Shown: piece after piece, positions 19,691 through 27,710 of the stretch
How the letters are laid out: every line of letters begins with the position of its first letter
Numbering within the stretch: position 1 is the stretch's first letter
Assembly (NCBI GenBank): GCA_041658645.1
Contig: JBAZZV010000002.1
Span: 107,907 to 171,906 of the forward strand
Origin: Candidatus Margulisiibacteriota bacterium
Lineage (GTDB): Bacteria; Margulisbacteria; WOR-1; O2-12-FULL-45-9; XYB2-FULL-48-7
DNA length: 64,000 bases
Direction: 5' to 3'
The notes under the pieces: model-generated
What the model was told of the DNA's origin: nothing
The model's database searches: none
Seen by the model: only the letters and a program-made list of their open reading frames with translations
Program-made: the position numbers and the translations under genes

Positions 19691-19705
19691 TTGTTAGAAA
19701 ACAGA
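19691..19705. promoter_or_regulatory. 15 nt motif TTGTTAGAAAACAGA, copy 2, preceded by a partial repeat
   Basis: Identical to 18364-18378. Confidence 0.3.
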
Positions 19706-20208
19706 CAAGTGAGAGAATCAACGAAAAGACACAAGCCGTTAATTTTCCCTTGTTAATACGTTTAACACTCGATCCTTCGGGCATTAGTCAGAAGTGTGGC
19801 TTATCGCTGCAGAGGTCCTTGACAACTAAATATAGAGGTCAACTATTTTATCGAAATCTTTTTTGGAGAGGGATTTTTGCATATTTATTTTAACCTTTCG
19901 TTTCCCGCTCTCAAATATTAATGGAAAAACAAAAGGACAATTTTTGCTAACCATACGATACTCTATGTATAAATCAAAAAGGAATTTGATTATCTCTGCA
20001 ATATTGAACACAAACATTATGGTTTGCCATTCAGGGCAACCACCCATCCCCGGCATAATCCCCGCCCTGCCGTGAACGGCAACTATTCTTACTTTCTTTT
20101 TAGAAACAGGTTTTTCTTGAATGGCCTTCTTGTCAATGCTTTTTATTATTTTTTGACATCGAAGGGGTTATCCCCGGGAATAGTAAGTTTAATAACCTTC
20201 TTTTTCAT

Positions 20209-20412
20209 TTAAATGTTTTTATCACGAAAGGAATAGAAGAGAATACCCAAAATAATTGTAAATGGTAAAAATACAATAAATAAAAACATAAGGAGTTTTA
20301 TTAATAGGCCCTCTAACGAATAAACGTTTGAATTCCATAGTCCAAATAAAATAAAAAAGAATGAAGATGAAATACCTAATATCCACAATATAACCGTTTG
20401 CTTTTTATTCAT
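20209..20412 (-). CDS. Small membrane protein
   Basis: 67 aa, two TM helices. Confidence 0.3.
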   Translation of the reverse strand: MNKKQTVILWILGISSSFFFILFGLWNSNVYSLEGLLIKLLMFLFIVFLPFTIILGILFYSFRDKNI

Positions 20413-20547
20413 ATTATGCCATCCCTATTTCAAAAGTTCTTCAATCCGAACCCTAAGTACTTTAGCGATAATCTGAATGGTTGACAAATTGAATTATACA
20501 CCCAAACAATAGTAATGCATAATAAAAGAAACTGGCCCAAAGGGATT

Positions 20548-20632
20548 TCCCCGACGGACATTAATATATAAATAATAGAAACGTCGGGATCCCGCCGTTC
20601 CACTATATCAAAATATATTAATGAGGGCGGGA
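20548..20632. repeat. Double-hairpin repeat element, copy C; right boundary of island, inserted in the T-loop of a partial tRNA-Asp duplicate
   Basis: Flanks ctgtcCcgcaggagaccgagggGTTC | element | AATccctttgggcc match tRNA-Asp from anticodon loop to acceptor 3' strand. Confidence 0.65.
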
Positions 20633-20735
20633 GAACCCCTCGGTCTCCTGCGGGACAGAACATACGAGAAGAAACTAAACTTGTTCTCCGTAGCCACGAG
20701 TCCCGACGAATAGTCGGGACGAGGGCGAAGGAGAA

Positions 20736-20811
20736 CGGGCCCGAAGGGATTTGAACCCTCGGTCTCCTGCGTGACAGGCAGGCGCGTTAAACCAGACTAC
20801 GCTACGGGCCC
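20736..20811 (-). tRNA. tRNA-Asp (anticodon GTC)
   Basis: GGGCCCG acceptor, anticodon loop CTGTCAC, T-loop TTCAAAT. Confidence 0.85.
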
Positions 20812-20939
20812 GCGCGAACCTCAACTTATAACCGATAACCGATAACTAATAACTTAGAAACTGTCACTTTATCAATTATCATTCAAAAAATTATTATACC
20901 AGCTAAAGGGGATGTTGGAAAGGTGTATTATGTAACTTT

Positions 20940-21284
20940 TTAAATTGAATTGATCAGCCCCAGGAGCATCTTCGAGATCTCTTCAAACACGGCATACAAT
21001 TCCTTTTGTTGCAGTTCGTTGATCACTTTATCATCAGATAACAAGTCGATGATCGCGACTACCTCGTAGGTTGACCCGCGCGCGATAGTAAAGAAGTTTT
21101 TCTTATCGGCGCTTGACGATTTGCCGGTTCCTTCGGCTATATTGAGAACTATGCTTAGCGCTGCCCTTTTAAGCTGATCAAAAAGGGCTTTATCGACGTG
21201 GTGGCTGTTGGCCAAAAGAGCGAATAGAAGCTTCCGTGCTTCCTTGGCCTTCTGATAAACCTTCAGTTTTTCAAAATCAAACAT
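20940..21284 (-). CDS. Four-helix-bundle protein (23S rRNA intervening-sequence / TIGR02436-like family)
   Basis: 114 aa; VLNIAEGTGKSS...FFTIARGSTYE motifs characteristic of the IVS-encoded four-helix bundle family. Confidence 0.65.
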   Translation of the reverse strand: MFDFEKLKVYQKAKEARKLLFALLANSHHVDKALFDQLKRAALSIVLNIAEGTGKSSSADKKNFFTIARGSTYEVVAIIDLLSDDKVINELQQKELYAVFEEISKMLLGLINSI

Positions 21285-21377
21285 AATAAATAGTACTTAG
21301 TGTGAGTGTGCGTCTTGAGTCTTGAGCGTCGTCCGCTAACTACTAACTACTCACACTCACTCTCAAGACTTAATAAA

Positions 21378-21463
21378 CGGAGGGGGAGAGATTCGAACTC
21401 TCGCTACCTTACGGTACTAACGGTTTAGCAAACCGTCCCCTTGAACCACTTGGGTACCCCTCC
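21378..21463 (-). tRNA. tRNA-Ser (anticodon GCT)
   Basis: Long variable arm; GGAGGGG acceptor; anticodon loop TTGCTAA. Confidence 0.85.
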
Positions 21464-21524
21464 ATGCTCGCTATCGCTCGAAATCCTAAATCCTAAATTC
21501 TAAATCCGAAATATAAGGTCGAAA

Positions 21525-21611
21525 CGGAGGGAGGAGGATTTGAACCTCCGATACCCTTGCGGGCATACTAGTTTTCAAGACTAGCGCCATCAGCCGCTCG
21601 GCCATCCCTCC
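21525..21611 (-). tRNA. tRNA-Ser (anticodon TGA)
   Basis: Long variable arm; GGAGGGA acceptor; anticodon loop CTTGAAA. Confidence 0.85.
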
Positions 21612-21716
21612 TCGCTCAACGAACGCTCACATTAACAATTTAGTTTATTTTTTGCAAGCTTCACTTATTATAAGTTGTGTTAGCTTGCTTTTCAAGCCCG
21701 CCTTAGGAATAATCGC

Positions 21717-21746
21717 TTGACTGCCGCGCAAGGACGCAGGTATAAT
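21717..21746 (+). promoter_or_regulatory. Sigma70-like promoter upstream of the LexA-methyltransferase gene (TTGACT-N18-TATAAT)
   Basis: Near-consensus -35 and -10 hexamers about 50 nt upstream of the start. Confidence 0.45.
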
Positions 21747-21797
21747 TAGGTCAATCGAAAATGAATCGAAAGTCAAGCGAAGGTAAGTGAAGGTCAA

Positions 21798-23252
21798 ATG
21801 ATCACCAAGAGGCAAAAACAGACCCTGGACTTTATAAAAAACCATCAACTTAGGAGAGGGTATGCCCCTTCCCTTGAGGAGATCAAGGATCATCTTAAAC
21901 TTTCTTCCGTATCAACGGCACATCATCATGTTAAAGCATTGGAAGCGCTTGGATTGCTAAAAAAAAAGGAAAACCAGCCACGCGCAATTAGTCTTTATGA
22001 TAATGAACAGTTAATTAGTATGCCTTTGCTTGGAACCATTGCCGCCGGTGAACCCATTGAAGCTATTCAGGAAAAAGAAATAATTGCCATTCCCAAATCA
22101 AAATTAACTCAAAATGGTGAGTTTTACGCGCTACGTGTTTCTGGCAATAGCATGACAGATGAAAACATTAATGATGGCGATATCATTATAGTAAAAAGCC
22201 AGTCAACGGCCAATAATGGGGAAAAAGTTGTTGCCTTAATAGACAATCAAGCAGTAACCCTAAAAAAGCTGTACAAAGAAAACAAAAACATTCGACTTCA
22301 ACCAGCTAACTCAACTATGCCCCCAATGATATTCTCCCCACAAAGGGTAAATATTCAAGGAGTCGTTGTTGAGATCGTTAAGTCCGATAAACATTCGTCG
22401 CCAGGCATGAGATATTCACCTGAAAACAATTTAGCTGCTCCCCAACATCAAAGTATTAACAATTTCCTGAACAGAGTACTTCAAGGCGATTGCCTTGAAG
22501 TAATGAAAACCATGCCTCCGAAATCAATAAATATGGTTCTGTGTGATCTCCCTTATGGAAACACCCAAAACAAATGGGACAGCATTATCCCCCTTGATAA
22601 ACTATGGACTGAATATGAAAGAATAATTAAAGATAATGGTGTTATAGTTCTTACCTCACAAGGGTTGTTTACCGCCCAATTAATCCTATCCAATCCAAGG
22701 TTATTTAAGTATAAGATTATTTGGGTAAAATCTAAGCCAACTAATTTCCTTAATGCAAAGAAACAACCGCTTCGGAGGCACGAGGATATATGCATATTTT
22801 ACAAAAACCAACCCGATTATAATCCGCAAATGACTCCCGGAGAGCCTTATAACAAGGGGTTCAGGAAAAATCAGCTGACAGGCTGTTATGGGGATTTTAA
22901 GCCTGTTAAAGTTAAAAGTGATGGCCAGCGGTATCCCACAGATGTTGTTTATTTCAAAACGGCAGAGAGTGAAGGCGTTGTTCACCATCCTACTCAAAAA
23001 CCAGTCGAGCTAGGCAGATACCTAATTAAAACATTTACAAAACCAGGAGACATTATCCTCGACAATACTTGCGGCAGTGGGAGTTTTCTTGTTTCAGCCG
23101 TTCTTGAGGATCGATTGTTTATTGGTATCGAAAAAAATGAGGAAGTATTTTTGCACAAAAAGCATCATATTGACTATATTGAAATCTGCAACAAAAGAAT
23201 TAAAGAAGCAAAAAGGAAGGCCGCTGTCGAAAACAGCAGATTGTTCGCCTAA
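21798..23252 (+). CDS. Fusion protein: full-length LexA repressor (wHTH + S24 peptidase) fused to beta-class N6-adenine/N4-cytosine DNA methyltransferase
   Basis: N-terminus has the LexA cleavage site AAGEP, catalytic SGNSM and TLKKL; C-terminus has GDCLEVMKTMPPKSINMVLCDLPYG (CcrM-like DPPY region), HPTQKP and DNTCGSGS (FxGxG). Confidence 0.75.
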   Translation: MITKRQKQTLDFIKNHQLRRGYAPSLEEIKDHLKLSSVSTAHHHVKALEALGLLKKKENQPRAISLYDNEQLISMPLLGTIAAGEPIEAIQEKEIIAIPKSKLTQNGEFYALRVSGNSMTDENINDGDIIIVKSQSTANNGEKVVALIDNQAVTLKKLYKENKNIRLQPANSTMPPMIFSPQRVNIQGVVVEIVKSDKHSSPGMRYSPENNLAAPQHQSINNFLNRVLQGDCLEVMKTMPPKSINMVLCDLPYGNTQNKWDSIIPLDKLWTEYERIIKDNGVIVLTSQGLFTAQLILSNPRLFKYKIIWVKSKPTNFLNAKKQPLRRHEDICIFYKNQPDYNPQMTPGEPYNKGFRKNQLTGCYGDFKPVKVKSDGQRYPTDVVYFKTAESEGVVHHPTQKPVELGRYLIKTFTKPGDIILDNTCGSGSFLVSAVLEDRLFIGIEKNEEVFLHKKHHIDYIEICNKRIKEAKRKAAVENSRLFA

Positions 23253-24172
23253 ATACCCGTGTAAGGTTCTTTTTTCAGTATTTGGGCAGCCCTTTCTAAT
23301 TCTTTGTCTGTTATTAAACCTTCCTCTTTAAACCATTCTAAAAGATGAAAATATTGATTTGAGCTTAAAATCGGCTTAATTTCATTAGTTATATTTGCTT
23401 TTTTCTTAATATATTCCAAGTGTTTATTGTTCAATATGCCTCGACCAATCAAGTCGTAGGTAATACGTATCGCATCAACTGAAGTGAGATTCAAATCCCC
23501 TTTTCGAGCTATATCAGCATTGACATCAGATTGGTCTATTTTGAGCAACTCATCTAAGCTTTGTAAGCCATTCAAATTTTTATTATAAAATTCAATATCA
23601 TGCTTTTGATAAGTAAACCACGTCTTGCCTTGTTCGGTTAATGAGCCTCTAGGTAAATACACGCCTTCTCGTTTAACCCTTTCTTTCGAAACCCAACCAC
23701 ATATATATAATATCCATTTTTGTCTTTTTGTCCCAGGTAGTTTTCTTGTTTTTTTACTAGGGGTTTTAAGGTGTGTCATTAAGTATATATCTACATCTAA
23801 TCGATCATCGTTCATTTGCCTTGGCCAAAAATTATGTTTTGCTTCTCTTGGAATATCATCGTTGCTTAAATATTCCTCTTTAAATGGCAGCGTGCCGCCT
23901 CTGCATTTAACATCAACCTTGATTCCGGTTGGAAGCAGAAAATCATAACCTAAAGAAGGCCGATTGCTTGGATTAATTTCAGGCATTCCTAAATATTTCC
24001 GTACAACTATTTCCGCCAAAGCACCAAACCCCTGCTGTTCTTCACTCCCTCTTTCTGCTCCGGTTGTATTCGGATTAGCGGAAACGAACTGAAATGCCTT
24101 TTGGCGCAAATCAAACCCAGCAGAATCAATCAGTTTGATGGGGATTGGTTTTGGTTTGCTGTATTGATACAT
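23249..24172 (-). CDS. Putative restriction endonuclease-like PD-(D/E)xK nuclease, convergent with and overlapping the methyltransferase gene by 4 nt
   Basis: 307 aa; SLGYDFLLPTGIKVDVKC fits D-x(n)-D-x-K; low GC; no other similarity visible by eye. Confidence 0.35.
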   Translation of the reverse strand: MYQYSKPKPIPIKLIDSAGFDLRQKAFQFVSANPNTTGAERGSEEQQGFGALAEIVVRKYLGMPEINPSNRPSLGYDFLLPTGIKVDVKCRGGTLPFKEEYLSNDDIPREAKHNFWPRQMNDDRLDVDIYLMTHLKTPSKKTRKLPGTKRQKWILYICGWVSKERVKREGVYLPRGSLTEQGKTWFTYQKHDIEFYNKNLNGLQSLDELLKIDQSDVNADIARKGDLNLTSVDAIRITYDLIGRGILNNKHLEYIKKKANITNEIKPILSSNQYFHLLEWFKEEGLITDKELERAAQILKKEPYTGI

Positions 24173-24205
24173 ATCGCCCGCCTTTGAAGGGAAACTTAAT
24201 CCGCG

Positions 24206-25858
24206 CTATTCTTCCCCGCCCGAGATCAGCTTTTCGATCTGTTTTTTCGCAAAAGGGGCCTTAGAGATTATCTCAGCCGCTTCCGCCCGGGTCAAGTTGA
24301 GTTTCGGGCCGAACGATTGCCCGGACAAGTACTCGAATAGTCCGGCCGTTTTGGTCGCGGCTACGGCCGGCGAGGCCCAATGGTCGACAGGCATGTCCGG
24401 GAACGGCCGCGCCGCCAGCTTCGGTTTCTGATAAAGCCCCGCCCAACGGGCCAAAATCATCGCCCCTTCCGCCCGGGTAACGCGATTCTGCGGCCGGAAG
24501 GCCTTATCGGGATAACCGTTGATATATTTTCTCTCCACGGCAAAGCTGATGTAGGGGGCTTCAAAACTTTGCAGCGGCACGTCCTTGAACCTGACCCGGA
24601 CGTCAGTGCCGACGGTAAAGCCTTTTGCCTTGACCAGCAGGACCGCCAGCTCGCCCCGGGTCAGCTCCTGGGTCGGCCGGAAAGTGTTGTCGCCATAACC
24701 GCCCATGATCCCCAGGGTCGACAGATACTCAATCGGTTTTTTAGCCCAATAGCCATCAGGCACGTCGCTAAAGGACTTCAACTTCGGTTTGGCAACGATC
24801 TCCGGCTGGGGGATGGTCGAGCGCCGGTTCTTCTTCTCGGCAGCGGCCTTCTCCCGCAGTTTTTCCCGGTCGGTCCCGCGGTAGCCTAGCGAGAAGAAAT
24901 GCGTGGCGTTCTCTGACAGCTCGCCGAACTGGTGATAGGCGTAGTCAAAAGTAAAACCGCCAAAAGCGAAACCGACGCCGGCCGTCAGGTTATTATCGAC
25001 GCCGACGCCGCTCTCGGTCGCCCGCGGTTTCTGGTCAAGGCCAAGGCGGAGGGCTAGCGTCTCGATCGGCCAGAATTCGGAACCGAGATGAAAAACCCCG
25101 GGCCGGCCGACCGCCTGGCTCTTTTCATAATCACACATCAGATCTAGATTGCTCCAGAGGGCGTAATGCCCGCCGGCCCGCGTGATCAAGGGGATCCCTT
25201 CGATCACCCCGTTTTTCTGCCAGGTAAACTTCCCGCCAAAAGTGGCCGGCAGGAAATTTTGCAGAGTTAAACCAAGGCTTAATTTTGAATTAGTTTCCCA
25301 GAGGACCCCGAGATCGGCGTCCATCCCGCTCCCGTTCGCGTTCTGCATCGCCGAGCCGCCGCCGGAAAAACCTTGCGAGAGGAGCTTCAAGGTCGCTCCC
25401 AGAGAGACATTCTGCCCTGCCCCATTGCGCAGGAAGCGGCTTAACTTGGACCCATATGAAAAGAGGACCAGGCTGGAACCATAATCGGTTGAATCATATT
25501 GCTGCGCTTCCAGGCTCGGCCCGGAGCCAACCAGGCGCGTCAACGGAATGGCCGTCACCGCCGCGTTAATGTAGCCGACCCCGAACTTGCCGAGCGGTGA
25601 TTCGTTGGCCGCGCCGATCAGGACGTAATTGATGTCGCCCAGCAGCGCCCCGCTCATGCTGGTCAAGTTGAGGTTCTTGTTGCGGGCCAGCCCGGCTGGA
25701 TTGGTAAAAATAGCATTGGCGTCATCGGCCAAGCCAACATAAGCGCGCCCCAGGCCAAGCGGCCGGGCGCCGACACCGATCTCGCTCAAGTCAAGCGCGG
25801 CCATGGCTGTCGAACCGCATAAAACGACGGCTAACAGCGGGAAAAAAAGCTGTTTCAT
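24206..25858 (-). CDS. Outer-membrane beta-barrel-like protein with three C-terminal S-layer homology (SLH) domains
   Basis: Signal peptide; beta-rich N-domain (GFTFDYAYH); three SLH repeats (FSDVPDGYWA.., FKDVPLQSFEAPYI.., FPDMPVDHWASPAV..). Confidence 0.55.
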   Translation of the reverse strand: MKQLFFPLLAVVLCGSTAMAALDLSEIGVGARPLGLGRAYVGLADDANAIFTNPAGLARNKNLNLTSMSGALLGDINYVLIGAANESPLGKFGVGYINAAVTAIPLTRLVGSGPSLEAQQYDSTDYGSSLVLFSYGSKLSRFLRNGAGQNVSLGATLKLLSQGFSGGGSAMQNANGSGMDADLGVLWETNSKLSLGLTLQNFLPATFGGKFTWQKNGVIEGIPLITRAGGHYALWSNLDLMCDYEKSQAVGRPGVFHLGSEFWPIETLALRLGLDQKPRATESGVGVDNNLTAGVGFAFGGFTFDYAYHQFGELSENATHFFSLGYRGTDREKLREKAAAEKKNRRSTIPQPEIVAKPKLKSFSDVPDGYWAKKPIEYLSTLGIMGGYGDNTFRPTQELTRGELAVLLVKAKGFTVGTDVRVRFKDVPLQSFEAPYISFAVERKYINGYPDKAFRPQNRVTRAEGAMILARWAGLYQKPKLAARPFPDMPVDHWASPAVAATKTAGLFEYLSGQSFGPKLNLTRAEAAEIISKAPFAKKQIEKLISGGEE

Positions 25859-25928
25859 GCTTGCGTTTATTATCGCCGATAACATCAAACCTGTCAACTT
25901 CGATTAATTATGATAAAATGAAATAATA

Positions 25929-27710
25929 ATGCTTAACCGGATCAGGAACTTTTCCATCATCGCCCACATCGATCACGGTAAGTCGACGCTGGCCGACCGC
26001 CTGCTCGACTTCACCCACACGATCGCCAAACGCGATATGCGCGCCCAGGTCCTCGACACGATGGACCTGGAACGGGAACGCGGTATCACCATCAAGGCGC
26101 AGGCGATCAGGATGGAATACCAAAACTATATTCTTAACCTGATCGATACGCCGGGCCACGTTGATTTTTCTTACGAAGTCTCGCGCTCCCTGGCCGCCTG
26201 CGAAGGAGCCCTCCTCCTGGTCGACGCCACCCAGGGGATCGAGGCGCAGACCCTCGCCAACTACCACCTCGCCTTGAACAATAAACTGACCATCATCCCG
26301 ATCATCAACAAGATCGACCTCCCCGGCGCCGAGGTGGAAATGGCCCGGAACGAGCTGATCAACACCCTCGGCTTCAAGTCCGAGGATATCTTGCTCGCTT
26401 CGGCCAAGGAGGGGCGCGGCATCGGCGAGATCATTGACGCGGTGATCAAACGGGTCCCCGCTCCGCTGGGCGATCCCGACGCGCCGCTGCAAGCTTTGAT
26501 CTTTGATTCCCATTACGACCCCTACCGCGGCGTGATCATCTATATCCGGATCGTCAACGGCACGTTAAATAAGGGGGACAAGATCCTGTTAATGGGGACC
26601 GGCAAGGATTTTGAGGCCCTGGAGATCGGCACCCTCCGGCTCGACCTGATCCCGCGCGACACTCTCTCCGCCGGCGAGGTCGGCTATCTGATCGGCAATA
26701 TCAAAACCATCTCTGACGCGCACGTCGGCGACACCGTGACCAATATCAAGCGGCAGGCCACCACTGCCCTCCCCGGCTATAAGAAGATCAAGCCGATGGT
26801 CTTCTGCGGTTTTTATCCGATCAACGGCGAAGATTATAAGCTCCTCAAGGAATCGATCGAAAAGCTGCAGCTTAACGACGCCGCCCTTTTTTATGAACCG
26901 GAAACCTCGGCGGCACTCGGCTTTGGTTTCCGCTGCGGTTTTCTCGGCCTCCTCCATCTGGAAATAACCCAGCAGCGGCTGACCAGGGAATTTAATATTG
27001 GGCTGATCGCCACCACCCCGAACGTCGTCTATAAAGTAAATTTGCATAACAAAAAGACCCTGTTCATTGACAACCCGACCAAGCTTCCCGATGTGTCGGC
27101 GATCGAATCGATCGAGGAACCGTATTTGAAAGTGAGCATCTTCACCCCGGCCGAGTACGTCGGCTCGGTCATGACCCTGGCCACGGAAAAACGGGGGACC
27201 TTCATCAACCTGGAATATCTCGACCCGACCCGGGCCGTGGCCACTTATGAAATACCGCTGGCCGAAGTGATCATCGAGTTCCACGATCTGCTTAAATCGG
27301 TGACCAAAGGTTACGCCTCGATGGATTACGAGCAGATCGGTTTCCGGCCTTCTGACCTCGTCAAACTCGATATCCTGATCAACGGGGAGCTGGTCGACGC
27401 TCTCTCCTTCATCGTCCACCGCGACCGCGCCTACTACTACGGCAAGAAGCTGACCGAGCGGTTGGTCGAGGAGATCCCCCAGCATCAGTTCTCTGTCCCG
27501 ATCCAGGCGGCGATCGGCGGCAAAGTGATCGCCCGCGAGACGATCCGCGCCCGGCGCAAGGATGTGCTGGCCAAATGCTACGGCGGCGACATCACCCGCA
27601 AGCGGAAGCTCCTGGAAAAACAGAAAGAGGGGAAAAAGAAGATGAAGCTGATCGGCCGGGTCGAGATCCCCCAGGAAGCATTCCTCGCCGTCCTGCGCAT
27701 CGGGCAATGA
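25929..27710 (+). CDS. lepA: Elongation factor 4
   Basis: 593 aa; N-terminus [20 protein letters not shown] (G1 motif); LepA C-terminal domain. Confidence 0.9.
   Translation: MLNRIRNFSIIAHIDHGKSTLADRLLDFTHTIAKRDMRAQVLDTMDLERERGITIKAQAIRMEYQNYILNLIDTPGHVDFSYEVSRSLAACEGALLLVDATQGIEAQTLANYHLALNNKLTIIPIINKIDLPGAEVEMARNELINTLGFKSEDILLASAKEGRGIGEIIDAVIKRVPAPLGDPDAPLQALIFDSHYDPYRGVIIYIRIVNGTLNKGDKILLMGTGKDFEALEIGTLRLDLIPRDTLSAGEVGYLIGNIKTISDAHVGDTVTNIKRQATTALPGYKKIKPMVFCGFYPINGEDYKLLKESIEKLQLNDAALFYEPETSAALGFGFRCGFLGLLHLEITQQRLTREFNIGLIATTPNVVYKVNLHNKKTLFIDNPTKLPDVSAIESIEEPYLKVSIFTPAEYVGSVMTLATEKRGTFINLEYLDPTRAVATYEIPLAEVIIEFHDLLKSVTKGYASMDYEQIGFRPSDLVKLDILINGELVDALSFIVHRDRAYYYGKKLTERLVEEIPQHQFSVPIQAAIGGKVIARETIRARRKDVLAKCYGGDITRKRKLLEKQKEGKKKMKLIGRVEIPQEAFLAVLRIGQ

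Noticed and set aside
20622-20655. Simple attR direct repeat of the tRNA-Asp 3' end marking a classical tRNA-integrated island
   Set aside because: The duplicated segment covers anticodon loop to T-loop rather than the 3' terminal portion. It is interrupted by the hairpin element, and the intact tRNA is 100 nt away. The geometry does not fit canonical integrase-mediated integration, so it is reported as an unusual T-loop insertion instead.
21484-21515. Possible CRISPR-like array from short direct repeats
   Set aside because: The units are only 7 nt with no spacers. These are heptamer microsatellites (STRR-like), not CRISPR.
27575-27706. Long N-terminal extension of the hemW ORF overlapping lepA
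   Set aside because: No homology to the HemW N-terminus. A canonical ATG at 27707 overlaps the lepA stop and gives the conserved [12 protein letters not shown] start.
26589-27707. 372 aa minus-strand ORF
   Set aside because: Antisense to the well-supported lepA. It has a Gly/Asp/Arg-rich shadow-ORF composition.
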